Assembly (NCBI GenBank): GCA_964580585.1
Contig: CAZOKZ010000006.1
Location: forward strand, 45,492 to 109,491
Source: an uncultured Candidatus Sumerlaeota bacterium
GTDB lineage: Bacteria; Sumerlaeota; Sumerlaeia; SLMS01; JAHLLQ01
DNA length: 64,000 nt
Direction: 5' to 3'
Shown here: one piece after another, positions 46,503 to 57,679 of the stretch
Layout of the letters: every line of letters begins with the position of its first letter
Numbering within the stretch: the first letter of the stretch is position 1
The notes under the pieces: generated by a model
Database searches by the model: none
What the model was told of the DNA's origin: nothing
The model's input: only the letters and a program-made list of their open reading frames with translations
Position numbers and translations under genes: made by a program

Positions 46503-48917
46503 TTACTGCGCGTGAGCCTGCAAACGTTTGGTGGTATGATTGCGACGTGCCGGCACATGGGACTTGTTTGCACCGGGGGGCGTGGTCAAGGCTATCTGTA
46601 AAACTTCGTCCAGCGATTCCACTGCGATGAAGTCCAGTTTTACGCGAATTTCTTCGGCGATTTCCTCGATATCGTTCAGGTTTTCTTTTGGAATAATGAT
46701 CGTGCGAATCTTGCGGCGGTGGGCAGCGAGGGCTTTTTCTTTCAAACCACCGATTTTCAGCACGCGACCACGCAACGTGACCTCACCCGTCATCGCAAGG
46801 TCCTGACGTACAGCCACGCGCGAGAGTGCCGAGGTCAAACTCGTGGCGATGGTAATGCCTGCGCTGGGTCCGTCTTTAGGAATCGCGCCTTCGGGTACGT
46901 GAATGTGAATATCGATGTCAGAATAACAGTCGGGATCAATACCGAGTTCGATGGAGTGCGAGCGAATGTAGGAAAGCGCCGTCTTGGCGGATTCCTGCAT
47001 CACTTCGCCGAGCTTGCCCGTCAGCACCAGGTTGCCTTTGCCCTTCATGATCGTTGTTTCCACCGGCAACATTTCACCCCCGGTTTCCGTCCAGGCCAAA
47101 CCAGTCGTGATGCCGATCTCCGGTTTGCGTTCCAGCGCGCTGTCGTGGAATTTCTCCGGTCCGAGCAATTCGCGCAATTTTTCCGGCGAAATCGAATCGA
47201 TTTTCTGCTTCGGGTTTTCAACCACAAGGCACGCGATTTTGCGGCAGATTTGCGCCAGCGTTCTTTCCAGATTTCGCACGCCTGCTTCGCGCGTGTAGGC
47301 CGTGATGATTCGCATCATCGTAACTTTGGGGATTTTGACCTGATTGGATTTCAGACCATGTTGCTTTCGTTGGCGGGGGAGAAGGTGCCGCTTGGCAATG
47401 TGGTACTTTTCATCTTCCGTGTAGCCAGAAAGCGAAATGATTTCCATGCGATCCAGCAATGGATAAGGTATGCCTTCCATCGTATTCGCGGTCGTCAGGA
47501 ACATTACTTTGGACAGATCGTAATCGATTTCCAGATAGTGATCGTTGAATGTTTTATTCTGTTCCGGGTCGAGAACTTCGAGCATCGCGGAAGCCGGATC
47601 GCCACGGAAGTCCGAAGCCATTTTGTCGATTTCATCCAGTAAAAATACCGGGTTGACGACGTTGGCACGTTTCATGGATTGCACGATTTTTCCGGGCAAT
47701 GCGCCGACGTAAGTGCGACGATGACCGCGAATTTCAGCTTCATCGCGTACCCCGCCGAGAGAAATGCGTACGAATTCGCGCCCCATGCAATGGGCGATTG
47801 ATTTGCCGAGCGACGTTTTGCCCACACCGGGAGGCCCCACGAAACAAAGGATCGGTCCCTTGCCCTGGCCTGCCAGTTTTACCACCGCCAGATACTCGAT
47901 GATACGTTGTTTGATTTTTTCCAGCCCGTAATGATCCTTATCGAGTGTCTTGCGCGCTTCGGCCAAATCGATCAGGTCATCGGTTTTGTCCACCCACGGG
48001 ACTTCCGTCAGCCATTCCAGATACGTGCGAGTCACCGCGGCTTCCGGCGACATCGGGGCCATGCGCGCCAAACGCCCCAGTTCTTTTTCGGCTTTTTCGC
48101 GCGCATCCTCGGGCATTTTCGCCCCTTCAATTGCCAGTGCTAACTCCTGCAATTCGGGGTCGTCCTCGCCTCCGATGCCCAATTCGCGTTCGATGGCTTT
48201 CAATTGTTCATTCAAATAATATTCGCGTTGGCTGCGGCCAATCTGGTGTTTGACCTGATCGGCGATTTTCGATTCGAGTTCCAACAATTGCAATTCGGCT
48301 TCGAGCGATTGGTTGAGCAGAATAAATTTTTCTTCGAGCGAATTGGATTCGAGGATTTCCTGCTTTTCTTCGACTTTCATTGTGACATAATGCGTTACGG
48401 AATTCAGGAAAGCCTGAGCGTCTTTGGTGTTTTTGATGCTTGTAAACAGGTCGGGCGGGATTTTGTCCGACAGCAATGTATAGCGCTCGAACAATGACAT
48501 TGTACTGCGCATGTGGGCGGGAATGCTGCGGCTGTTGACGCCGGAAACCTGATTCAAGACGACGAACGATTGCAAATACCCATCGCGACGGGTGGTTTCA
48601 ATCGCACGAGCGGCATACGTGCCTTCGATGAGCACCTTGACCGAGCCGTCGGGCACACGCAGGACCTGGAGTATTTCCGCCACCGTGCCGACCGTATAGA
48701 GATTCGACGGATCGGGGTCCTCGATCTCCGCGTCTTTCTGGCAAACGAGGAACACGCGCTTGTCCTTGGCGAGCGCTTCTTCCAGCGTTTTGAGCGAAAT
48801 GTCTCGCATCACAAAAAGAGGCGTTATCGCACCGGGAAAAACCACCATTTCTCTCAGCGGCAGTACGGGCAGGTAATCGGACGCAAACTTATCGGTCACG
48901 GCATGTCTCCAGGCCAT
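46503..48917 (-). CDS. lon: ATP-dependent protease Lon
   Basis: LON N-domain ([14 protein letters not shown]), Walker [12 protein letters not shown], proteolytic Ser in [13 protein letters not shown]. Start taken at MAWRH. The ORF track extends to 49133. Confidence 0.9.
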   Translation of the reverse strand: MAWRHAVTDKFASDYLPVLPLREMVVFPGAITPLFVMRDISLKTLEEALAKDKRVFLVCQKDAEIEDPDPSNLYTVGTVAEILQVLRVPDGSVKVLIEGTYAARAIETTRRDGYLQSFVVLNQVSGVNSRSIPAHMRSTMSLFERYTLLSDKIPPDLFTSIKNTKDAQAFLNSVTHYVTMKVEEKQEILESNSLEEKFILLNQSLEAELQLLELESKIADQVKHQIGRSQREYYLNEQLKAIERELGIGGEDDPELQELALAIEGAKMPEDAREKAEKELGRLARMAPMSPEAAVTRTYLEWLTEVPWVDKTDDLIDLAEARKTLDKDHYGLEKIKQRIIEYLAVVKLAGQGKGPILCFVGPPGVGKTSLGKSIAHCMGREFVRISLGGVRDEAEIRGHRRTYVGALPGKIVQSMKRANVVNPVFLLDEIDKMASDFRGDPASAMLEVLDPEQNKTFNDHYLEIDYDLSKVMFLTTANTMEGIPYPLLDRMEIISLSGYTEDEKYHIAKRHLLPRQRKQHGLKSNQVKIPKVTMMRIITAYTREAGVRNLERTLAQICRKIACLVVENPKQKIDSISPEKLRELLGPEKFHDSALERKPEIGITTGLAWTETGGEMLPVETTIMKGKGNLVLTGKLGEVMQESAKTALSYIRSHSIELGIDPDCYSDIDIHIHVPEGAIPKDGPSAGITIATSLTSALSRVAVRQDLAMTGEVTLRGRVLKIGGLKEKALAAHRRKIRTIIIPKENLNDIEEIAEEIRVKLDFIAVESLDEVLQIALTTPPGANKSHVPARRNHTTKRLQAHAQ

Positions 48918-49136
48918 GGAACACCGGGCATCGATCGCCCGGCCATGGGGAAAATCGCACGCGGCATGTCCCGTTGGGACCACCACGATCTGGAACCATG
49001 CCAGCACCTCCTCGCTGACACTGTCCAGTAAAAGATTCGGGGAAAAGAAGGAGAATTTGTGCTCGATGAGCTCAATTTCGATGGCCCGTCCGGTTCGGAG
49101 GATGTCTGAGTTACAACTCAAATACAAAGACATGAG

Positions 49137-49679
49137 GTGTTTGGCGTGATTCCGTTCGATATGTGTCTTGGGTTGGCCGTTTTCTTTGTTGTTTCCAATA
49201 TTGTGTTGATGGTGATGCGTTACAAAAAAGTACCTCCGAACAAAGTCATGGTTATTTCGGGCAAATTAATCCATCATCTTCCCACGCAAAATCTCGATCT
49301 GGAGCCGGGAGAAATGCGCGAATTGCCTGCTCCTCGCGGTTATCGAATTGTCCGAGGAAGCGGTGTCTTTGTCTGGCCGATATTGGAAACTGTCGGGATG
49401 CTGGAAGCCAATCCACTGGTAGTGAGCATTGATGATCGGCGTGACTACATGCCTCCGAGTATCACTGTCGCTTTAAACACAGAGGATGTTGAAGCAATTA
49501 ACCGTGCCGCCAGTCGAGTGACGGACACACCTTCCGATGAAATTGCCAGATTGGTTCAAGCAATGATTGCTCAGGTAATCGATGACATCGAACGCAATGT
49601 TTCCGAACCGGACCGATTCGAGGAATTTAGAAGCAGGATGGGAAGCAAACTCGATCAAATCGGGTACATTCTGATGTGA
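49137..49679 (+). CDS. short SPFH/flotillin-N-terminal-like protein
   Basis: N-terminal TM then YKKVPPNKVMVISGK...RIVRGSGVFVWPILETV resembles the start of flotillin/YqiK SPFH domains. Only 180 aa. Confidence 0.4.
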   Translation: MFGVIPFDMCLGLAVFFVVSNIVLMVMRYKKVPPNKVMVISGKLIHHLPTQNLDLEPGEMRELPAPRGYRIVRGSGVFVWPILETVGMLEANPLVVSIDDRRDYMPPSITVALNTEDVEAINRAASRVTDTPSDEIARLVQAMIAQVIDDIERNVSEPDRFEEFRSRMGSKLDQIGYILM

Positions 49680-49681
49680 GG

Positions 49682-52261
49682 TCAGTAAGACTCCCAATCC
49701 TCCACGCCCGCGTTTTCGGCGACACATTCGACGATCAGCACTCCACCTGTGTCGGCGATTTCATCACCGCCTTGAGTGACGGTGACAGAAATCGGATCGT
49801 CCCCACCACACGTACCTGAAATCTCCACCGTGTAACCCGCGCCTGGATCGAGTCCCGTTATCAGGTGCCGCGTGGCATCGCCCGGCGTCTCGTAGGTAAG
49901 TTCAACAAACGGTTCGTCCAGATTCACGGGAAAGAGCACCGCTGTATCGCCTGCGAATGCCCCGGCGAACGATGTTGTGCTGGAAGTCGTATCCACCGTC
50001 CCCGTGTTGTCGCGCGATTGGCCTGCGTCAGTGCCCTGCAACACGTGCAGGAACCGCGCCGACGCAGGATCGCCGGGCGCTTCTACCATCAGGCGGTGTC
50101 TTGTCCACTCGCCTTCAGCGCCTTCCTCTCCGTAATCGCTGATGGGCTCGGTTAGATCGAGGACCGGCGTACCCATTTCGGGCAGCAGTGTCGTCACGTA
50201 CAGATGTTGGCCTTTTGGTGTCGTACCGGTGGTCACGTTACCCGCAATCATCGTATCTCCTGGATCACCAGGCAATCCGAGCCAGAACCGTTTGGTATAA
50301 CCATCAGTTTGCGTTTCCGCGCGGTCATACACGAAGAGATGATCGGGTTTCAGCCACAGGATCGATCGGCTGGCATGGGTGACTTGCATGGCGAGCGGGT
50401 TGTAATTGTACTGACCTGTGGCGTCGCCGCACAGGTAGTCGAATTCCGGTGTCAAAGACCGCGCCACCAGCACGGGGTCGCCTGCCGGATTGCCGAGCAA
50501 AAACTGCGAACCGTTGGCCGAAGTTACCGTGCGGTTGTGTCCCGTCCCGGCATCGACGAAATCGTTTTCGATCGACAGCGTGTTATGCCATTCCGAGCAC
50601 GCGTTCTGGTAGGCGAACGCGTAACCGCTCCATTCCTTGGTTAGCCATTCGCCCTCGCGCCAGAACTCGAACATATTGGCATCGCCGAATTGATGGTCGA
50701 TGTTATTCCAACTCATTTTGTACGTGAACCAATTCGCGTCTTCGTTCCAACTCGTGCGCGAAAGCAATCGATTCAACCCCGTGCCGAAATGGGAAGTTGT
50801 CATCGTCGGACGTGGATCGACAGGTGCCGTTTCGTTTGGGTCCATTATCAGGAAATAGAAAATCGCGTGCGTGAAGTCCTCGTTCCAGCGAACGCGGCTT
50901 TCCAATTTCTCTTCGCCACCTTCCATCATGAATGTTTGTACATACCGTGTGGCATTCCATTCGTCCGTGTTGCCGTTTAGATAACTGTAAACGCCCAGCG
51001 GCCCCAGCGCATTGATCGTTTCAGCAAGCTCGTACCGATTCGCATCGCCAAAATACGCCGGTTGATACATCTCGCCGCGCCATTCCCAACCGGGGACGGT
51101 AAGTTTGCTCGGGCTGATAGAATGCAACAACCCGGGCAGAAAATCCTGATAAAAACCGCTGTTTTCCAGTTTTACTTGGGGCATGGGGACGGAGAACGCG
51201 TTCGGGTCGTCGTACCCCGACGTGTGCAAGGCCAACATCAGTTGCAACATGCGCCCGACATTGGAAGGGCCATAGCTGAAGCCCTCGGGCGAAAAACCTC
51301 CCTGGCAATAGGTTCGTAAAATGAAGTCTGTTTGAAATAACCATAGTCCAATGGTGTTTTCCAGATACCCGCGTACTCCAATGCCGCGTGGTCCGACAGG
51401 GTAAGGATCGTCGTCCGACGCATCGAGCGCGATCGACATCATTGCCATGTTGCGAATGTGTGCCGTTTGATAGTTGTTCACCGCGTACCTTATCGAGTAA
51501 TGAGTCAAGTACACAGGGTCGTTGTAGCTCGTGGTGAAAGATCCGCCTCCGACACGCGAAGCGGAAATGTTCTGCTCCATCCAAAGCAGGAACACATGAC
51601 GGATTTCCTCAAGTTCTGCGGTTGTGAACTCATCGTAAATCCAATCCACCACCAACGGAAAACAATGCCCATGCCAGCGCGAACGGTCGCCCGCTGCGAA
51701 TGTTGTGCGGCGCCACGCGTTTCCCGAATACCATGAGGAAACCTGCGCCGGATCATTCCAATCCGTCGGCGCGGCGGGCGCGGGATCGGGCGGGCCCTGA
51801 ATCGCCGCATCCATCACATGCATGATTAATGTCTTGGCGCGCGAGGCGTAGTCCTCGTGCTCTGGGGTGCCTTCGTCGTACAACAGCGACATGAAGGCGA
51901 ACAGCATTGCGTAATCTTCGCACGGATATGCCACAAAACCATTGGTGCCATCATCGCGATAGGGGAGCGATGGCAATCCGGCGAATCCCGCTCCCAAGTA
52001 CGGAATATTGTTTGTCGCAATCGGCGTATCCATTGTCGTTTTGGCGGTTTCAGCGGCCTGAAGCAAACCGTTCTGGAACACGGGGTTCGCACTCACCGCC
52101 CAGGATTTCAAACGCGGCAAATCTTCCTGGCGCACAAACAAACGCGGATGCGTTGTGACGGGCGCGGATTCGGCAAGATTGGAAATAACGACAAAGATAA
52201 GTACAACGACAACCGCCACGGTCCGCTCGAAAGCGGTCGGACGCGTCAATGGGGAGAACAT
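49682..52261 (-). CDS. large secreted protein, possibly a polysaccharide lyase (heparinase II/III-like) fold
   Basis: Signal peptide. 859 aa. Aromatic-rich. Family assignment is a guess from composition and motifs. Confidence 0.45.
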   Translation of the reverse strand: MFSPLTRPTAFERTVAVVVVLIFVVISNLAESAPVTTHPRLFVRQEDLPRLKSWAVSANPVFQNGLLQAAETAKTTMDTPIATNNIPYLGAGFAGLPSLPYRDDGTNGFVAYPCEDYAMLFAFMSLLYDEGTPEHEDYASRAKTLIMHVMDAAIQGPPDPAPAAPTDWNDPAQVSSWYSGNAWRRTTFAAGDRSRWHGHCFPLVVDWIYDEFTTAELEEIRHVFLLWMEQNISASRVGGGSFTTSYNDPVYLTHYSIRYAVNNYQTAHIRNMAMMSIALDASDDDPYPVGPRGIGVRGYLENTIGLWLFQTDFILRTYCQGGFSPEGFSYGPSNVGRMLQLMLALHTSGYDDPNAFSVPMPQVKLENSGFYQDFLPGLLHSISPSKLTVPGWEWRGEMYQPAYFGDANRYELAETINALGPLGVYSYLNGNTDEWNATRYVQTFMMEGGEEKLESRVRWNEDFTHAIFYFLIMDPNETAPVDPRPTMTTSHFGTGLNRLLSRTSWNEDANWFTYKMSWNNIDHQFGDANMFEFWREGEWLTKEWSGYAFAYQNACSEWHNTLSIENDFVDAGTGHNRTVTSANGSQFLLGNPAGDPVLVARSLTPEFDYLCGDATGQYNYNPLAMQVTHASRSILWLKPDHLFVYDRAETQTDGYTKRFWLGLPGDPGDTMIAGNVTTGTTPKGQHLYVTTLLPEMGTPVLDLTEPISDYGEEGAEGEWTRHRLMVEAPGDPASARFLHVLQGTDAGQSRDNTGTVDTTSSTTSFAGAFAGDTAVLFPVNLDEPFVELTYETPGDATRHLITGLDPGAGYTVEISGTCGGDDPISVTVTQGGDEIADTGGVLIVECVAENAGVEDWESY

Positions 52262-52639
52262 GTCGAATTACCTCGAAAGAGGCGACCAGTATCGTGTGGC
52301 AGGTATGGCGAACAATTGCCGGGACGAAAAAACGTCTCGCGTATTGGACAATTGTTTTGGGGGGCGGGATACCTCGGAAGGTTTTATCGGATGGCCACAG
52401 TTCGATAATCTTAACTGCTACCGAACGCGATGATCGATGAACTGGAGTGGAAAGTAAAGTGGTATTGTTTATCAGGAAATAAACTTTATTTCCGGGTTCT
52501 CGGAATTGTATCGGAAATTTGTTCCGACCGGTGTTCAGCCAATTCGTGAACGCTATCCAGGGAATCGCCCGCTTTCCCTTGTAATGCGCCGTGCCCGGGC
52601 GTACCGTGAATTATCGTAAAATAAAGGGAGTGAAATTAT

Positions 52640-54637
52640 ATGAATTTGTTCGCTAAAAAGCGGATGCGTACGACTACATCCGGTGTTCAGACACGCCGGT
52701 TAGTGGTGGCGTTGATTCATCCATCTAACTATGATCATCAAAAACGTGGAGCAATGGGTTCGTTTGTTCAGACATACCGGCTGGGAGTGATTCCGTCCAA
52801 TACCTTGCGCGTGATGCAGAGCTTGACCCTCGATGCTTTTTCTCAAGAACCCTTCGACAACGTAAGGACCGAAGTCCACATTTTCGAGGATAGCATCCGT
52901 GGTCAGCAACGTGCGTTTCGTCGCTTGCTCAGGAAATTTCCTCAACGCGATGCACAGTTAGTCGTCGGACTTGTCGCTGTTCAAAGTAACCAATTCCCCC
53001 GCGCGTTGGATTTAATCGATTATGCCAAGCGTCACGGAGCGATCTCCGTCATCGGAGGCCCTCATGTCACCGCCAGTATCAACACGGATTTTTACGGCAT
53101 CAGCGCCATTGACCCCTTGCGTGCCGGGGTTTCATGCGCCAACACGATGCCGCCGGAAATCCAACACTTAATCGACGACCCCGACGTCGTGGTGTTTCAT
53201 GGCGACGCCGATAACAACGGCGCCTGGCATGGGGTGCTCAGCGATATTTTCGCGGGTCGCCCGAAACCCTATTATGAAGCCGGACTGGCGAACGAATTAA
53301 CGGCACCCGGTTGTCTTTACGATAGCGCATATCTCGACGATTACGTTACTCCCGTTGCGGCGGTGGATACCGAGCGTGGCTGCCCGTTCAAGTGCAAATT
53401 CTGCGCCGCAATCCAGGCCCACGGACGCACGGTGCGATGCCGACCCTCGCCCGGGATTGTCGATTGGATTCGTCGGCAATGCGAGTCATACGGTAAGCCG
53501 ATCACCGTGTTGTTCGCGTCGGATAATCTGGCGCGTAATCCGCACTGGCGTCAATTGCTCAAGGGCCTTCAGGACCTTCTTGCGCAAGGATACGACTTCA
53601 CCATTTGGGCCGAAGCCGATGTGCGGTGCAATAGTGGCCCGAATCGTGGGTTTCTCGAAGAATACGCCAAGGCCGGTGGCCAGGGGCTTTTTCTCGGCAT
53701 CGAATCCATGAATCCCGATAACATTGTCGAGGCGGGCAAAAAACAAAACGCTGTCGATGAGTTGCCTGCGTTTTTCGCCGAGTGTCGCCGCCATGGCATT
53801 GCTCCCGAAGGTGGTTACATCATCGGTTTCGAACACGATACTCCACAATCCATCGCGCGCGATGTGACAACGTTGGCAGAAGCCGGTCTGGCACGCGCAT
53901 GGTTTTTTGTAAAAACACTTTTGCCGGGCAGCGAAGACTGGGCCGAAGCCCGTCGAGACGGCAAAACCGTCAGCGACGACTTGAACGATTTCGATTCCAC
54001 CGTTGTGGGTTACGAACACGAGCACATGACGTGCGAAGAATGGCAACATGCCTACGACACGGCGATTCGCACGTTTTATAGCTCACGCAGCATGGTGAGC
54101 ATTCTTTCCACTTACCAGGATGCGTTGCAACGTTGGCGCCTGATCAAGGGATTCATGTGGTGCAGGTGGGCGTATCTTACCGAAAAATCGCATCCGATGA
54201 TTGCGGGATTTTATCGCTACCGTCCCTTCGGCGAACGTCGCCCGCGACAAAAATCGCTCTCTTTCGGACGTTATATGCTCGGTGAAACATGGCGACATCT
54301 ACGCTATGTCGGGCACTTGTTCCGCGAGTTCTACATCTTCCAACAGGTCATTTTGGAAACCGAATGCCGCCTGCGCTTCGACGACATGCGCGCACGCTTG
54401 GAAAGCGAACCTAAAAATCTATACGATTGGTTCGAACGCACGTTCCGAGCACCCATGCGCCGCGCTTGGCTGAACGGTTTTTGGGTGAAATACGGCTCGC
54501 AAAAATGGCGATTGCTGAATCCATTCAGCAGTTTTCGCTGGCACATTAATATGGTGCCACACGCGATGACCGAAGTCGTTTACACCATGCGCTTTTTACG
54601 CATTTTCATCCGAGGTGTTTTTTTCAGTCCCACGTAA
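52640..54637 (+). CDS. B12-binding radical SAM protein with large C-terminal extension
   Basis: B12-binding Rossmann (ISVIGGPHVTAS). Radical SAM CxxxCxxC (CPFKCKFC). ~250-aa C-terminal domain. Confidence 0.75.
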   Translation: MNLFAKKRMRTTTSGVQTRRLVVALIHPSNYDHQKRGAMGSFVQTYRLGVIPSNTLRVMQSLTLDAFSQEPFDNVRTEVHIFEDSIRGQQRAFRRLLRKFPQRDAQLVVGLVAVQSNQFPRALDLIDYAKRHGAISVIGGPHVTASINTDFYGISAIDPLRAGVSCANTMPPEIQHLIDDPDVVVFHGDADNNGAWHGVLSDIFAGRPKPYYEAGLANELTAPGCLYDSAYLDDYVTPVAAVDTERGCPFKCKFCAAIQAHGRTVRCRPSPGIVDWIRRQCESYGKPITVLFASDNLARNPHWRQLLKGLQDLLAQGYDFTIWAEADVRCNSGPNRGFLEEYAKAGGQGLFLGIESMNPDNIVEAGKKQNAVDELPAFFAECRRHGIAPEGGYIIGFEHDTPQSIARDVTTLAEAGLARAWFFVKTLLPGSEDWAEARRDGKTVSDDLNDFDSTVVGYEHEHMTCEEWQHAYDTAIRTFYSSRSMVSILSTYQDALQRWRLIKGFMWCRWAYLTEKSHPMIAGFYRYRPFGERRPRQKSLSFGRYMLGETWRHLRYVGHLFREFYIFQQVILETECRLRFDDMRARLESEPKNLYDWFERTFRAPMRRAWLNGFWVKYGSQKWRLLNPFSSFRWHINMVPHAMTEVVYTMRFLRIFIRGVFFSPT

Positions 54638-54685
54638 AATCATACTGAGGGACGGAGCACCTCGATTCCGTCCCTCTTTCCATTT

Positions 54686-55888
54686 TTACTGTGCCTGCAT
54701 AAAGTAATAAACGATTAGCCCAATCAGGCCAGATCCCGCAATAACCGCGAGCGCAATCTTCACCCAACTCCACGGACGCTCGCCTTGGACTTCCCCCGTG
54801 CGAGCATTTACTAAAACGCGGTATGGCTTGTTATCGTACCGATAAACCGCCAGCCAGATGGGGAGCAGCAAATATTTGAACGTCACCCCATCGATTTGGG
54901 TTTGCACAGAACTGATGCGTTGAACGTCGCCACCGATTTGTTGGCAAATGAACTCGCGAATCTGTTTGTCCATACGTACCTTGGCCAAATCGAAACCATC
55001 TTGTGCGCTAACCTGATAACGTTCGGTTTGAAAGCCGCTTAAGTAGGCTGGTTGATAGGGCACTGCGCCTTTCAAATCCCATGGTTCGAGTTCTTCCACC
55101 TGTTTATCCGGTAACGATTTCGATGCGCAAACCAGCACGTCGTCGAACCAGTGATCCACACGTCCACTCACGGACGTCCACCGAGTGCGTTGCTCTGTGC
55201 GGCGATTTTTTCCGCTTCCAACGGTCACATAATAATGATCGCCGCGTTGGCCCGTGTAAAACGACCACGTCATCGCGTCGTATGTCCAATATGGAACATA
55301 CAAGCCATTCACGCGATCCAGGCGATCCATATCCTTAAACGCATTTGGTGCAAACCAACGCGAATTTACCCATTTGCGAAACTCTGTTTGCGCACCTTGC
55401 TTATCGACCATGAACGGTAATAATCCGCCTGGCGCCATCATCGGTTTGGCAGCCGTTACGGGGTTGTCCAAGTGCGTGCCACAGAATGGACACGCGTCTG
55501 TTGCCTTTTCCGCCGTGATGAGCACATTTGCCCCGCATCCATCGCATCGGCGTTCACCTTCCGTTCCCGCCAGAACTTCCTCCGCGACGCTGCCATGCTC
55601 AAAATAGGTCTTGAAACACAGCTCGTTTACTTGATCGGCGGATTGAGGAACGGATTGTTCGTGCCCACAGTACTGGCATTTTAATACTGCCAACGTTGGA
55701 TCGTAATTCAGCGCCGCGCCGCATTGCCCGCACGGAAACTCTCGTCCGTCGCGCACTGTTGTTTGCGGTTCCAGTTTTGGTTTTGGCGGTTCGGGTGCTT
55801 TTGGTTTCGGAGAGAACGGGAAATTCCCGTCGCTCTTCTTCAACCGCGAACCACCCGGCGGCATCACCCGTGGGTATTCTTCAGACAT
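54686..55888 (-). CDS. double zinc-ribbon membrane protein (downstream of an SPFH gene)
   Basis: Two CxxC..CxxC ribbons (CGQCGAAL..CQYCGHE; CDGCGANV..CPFCGTH). C-terminal TM (IALAVIAGSGLIGLIVYYF). Confidence 0.5.
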   Translation of the reverse strand: MSEEYPRVMPPGGSRLKKSDGNFPFSPKPKAPEPPKPKLEPQTTVRDGREFPCGQCGAALNYDPTLAVLKCQYCGHEQSVPQSADQVNELCFKTYFEHGSVAEEVLAGTEGERRCDGCGANVLITAEKATDACPFCGTHLDNPVTAAKPMMAPGGLLPFMVDKQGAQTEFRKWVNSRWFAPNAFKDMDRLDRVNGLYVPYWTYDAMTWSFYTGQRGDHYYVTVGSGKNRRTEQRTRWTSVSGRVDHWFDDVLVCASKSLPDKQVEELEPWDLKGAVPYQPAYLSGFQTERYQVSAQDGFDLAKVRMDKQIREFICQQIGGDVQRISSVQTQIDGVTFKYLLLPIWLAVYRYDNKPYRVLVNARTGEVQGERPWSWVKIALAVIAGSGLIGLIVYYFMQAQ

Positions 55889-56011
55889 GATTCGTTGTCC
55901 CGCTCATTGCTCGCGTTCATTACGCAAAACAGTATCTTGGTAATCGAAACCACAAAGAGCGTGTTTTTTCGTGTTCCTTCGTGCCTTCGTAGTTTGTCTT
56001 TTTTCTTCCTG

Positions 56012-57127
56012 TTACAGTGGGGGAAGCGGCGGCGGCATACTCGCAAACAAACTGCTCAATTCCGCCACATCACCGGCTTTTATCCACGCCGACATCCCTT
56101 GTTTCCACACCAGCGTCTCGCGCGAGATCGCTCCGCTGGCGACCTGTTGCTGAAGCGCCGCCATGTCGAACGGTCCGGCTTGCTGGCCATTGATGCCCGC
56201 ATAATATTGAACGGCGGTCGGCAGGGGAGGCGGTCCACCCGGCGCGGGTGCCGAAGGTTGAGACGCGGTGTTCATCGAGTGCATCATCTGCTGCGCCATG
56301 CCAAGGCCGACACCCAGCCCCGCGCCCATCCCCGCGCCGCCATCGGCGGGATTTTCCGCCGCTTTTTCCAGCGCTTCGGCGGCTTGGAACTTCATGTATT
56401 GGTCCAGATTTCCGACAACGCCCATCGACGTGCGCTTATCGAGCGCGCGCTCGACTTCGTTGGGCAGCGAAATATTTTCGATCAGGAATATCGGCAGCGA
56501 CAGACCCATCTCGGCGAATTCGTCGGTCAGCTTCTTTTGCGAAAAAGCGCTCAACTCGTCCAGGTTGGCCGCCATGTCCAACACCGGAATGCCGGAACTG
56601 GCTACCGCGTCGGAAAAACGCGTAACAATCATGCCGCGCAGCTGGCCCGAAATTTCCATCGTCGTGAACGACGGGTCCGTCGAGATCAACTGGCGCAGAA
56701 GCGCCGTCGGATTCGTTACCTGAAGGGCGTACGTTCCGAACGCTCGCACCCGCACCATGCCGAATTCCTTGTCGCGCATCGTGATCGGGTTTGATGTGCC
56801 CCATTTCAGGTCCGTGAACCGACGTGTGGAAATGAAGTAAACCTCGCACTTGAACGGCGAATCGAAACCGTACTTCCAGCCCATGATGGTGGATAAAATG
56901 GGCATATTCTTGGTTTCGAGCGAATACATTCCCGGCGCATAAATATCCGCGATCTTGCCCATATTGACCAAAATTGCCTGTTGGCCCTCGCGGACGATCA
57001 GCTTCGCGCCATTTTTGATTTCGTTATCGCGACGCGGAAAACGCCACGCCATTTCGTCGCTTTCGGGCGGTTGATTCCACTCGATAATATCGACAAGTTC
57101 ATTTTTGAGAAAGTCCATCAGACCCAT
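56012..57127 (-). CDS. SPFH/band-7 domain protein with C-terminal GYF-like (DUF4339) domain
   Basis: Band-7/SPFH core. Gly/Pro linker. C-terminal ...GPFDMAALQQQVASGAISRETLVWKQGMSAWIKAGDV. Confidence 0.6.
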   Translation of the reverse strand: MGLMDFLKNELVDIIEWNQPPESDEMAWRFPRRDNEIKNGAKLIVREGQQAILVNMGKIADIYAPGMYSLETKNMPILSTIMGWKYGFDSPFKCEVYFISTRRFTDLKWGTSNPITMRDKEFGMVRVRAFGTYALQVTNPTALLRQLISTDPSFTTMEISGQLRGMIVTRFSDAVASSGIPVLDMAANLDELSAFSQKKLTDEFAEMGLSLPIFLIENISLPNEVERALDKRTSMGVVGNLDQYMKFQAAEALEKAAENPADGGAGMGAGLGVGLGMAQQMMHSMNTASQPSAPAPGGPPPLPTAVQYYAGINGQQAGPFDMAALQQQVASGAISRETLVWKQGMSAWIKAGDVAELSSLFASMPPPLPPL

Positions 57128-57480
57128 TTTTTCTGGTGCTCCCGTTGAAAGTTACGCCCCCTCGATTGTCCGCCCGATTGCGTTCACAGCTTATACGATG
57201 CCAGACGCCAGATATTCAACCCCTGCTTAGAATTGACCATAGGACGGGCATTGGCAGGGGGAAAGCGGAAACCGGGGGATCGACCGTCAAGACGCAAAGC
57301 AGTGTAGAAAATGAATTCTCGCGCAGAGACGCAGAGGCGCGGAGATCAAACAATAAAAGTGAAAGAAAACGTGAGGATTCCGATTACTTTATGGGTTTCG
57401 GATTAAATTTACCTCTGCGACTCCGCGTCTCTGCGCGAGTTATTGAAACTCCGTGAGTCTGTGGATTGCTTTTGAAACGC

Positions 57481-57512
57481 AAAAAAGCCCCTTTCCACCG
57501 AGGGAAAGAGGC
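57481..57512 (-). terminator. rho-independent terminator (3' of ffs)
   Basis: On the minus strand: GCCUCUUUCCC-UCGGU-GGAAAGGGGC followed by UUUUUU. Confidence 0.55.
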
Positions 57513-57530
57513 TGCAATTTGCTTGTTGGA

Positions 57531-57661
57531 GAGACCGAGGGAGCGGACAACCGGACCGTTCGCGCACCCGGAACGGAAAACTTATGGCTGCTTCCTTCCG
57601 GATCTGACCAGGTTCGTCGCCGTCCGTCGCGCGGAGCCCGATTGTCCGCTCCGCCGGTCTC
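57531..57661 (-). ncRNA. ffs: signal recognition particle RNA (4.5S RNA)
   Basis: Minus-strand CCUGGUCAGAUCCGGAAGGAAGCAGCCAUAAG matches the domain IV motif of E. coli 4.5S (CCAGGUCAGGUCCGGAAGGAAGCAGCCAAGG). Ends pair as a long hairpin (GGAGCGGACAA/UUGUCCGCUCC). Confidence 0.8.
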
Positions 57662-57679
57662 GCCGAAAAATCGAACCGA

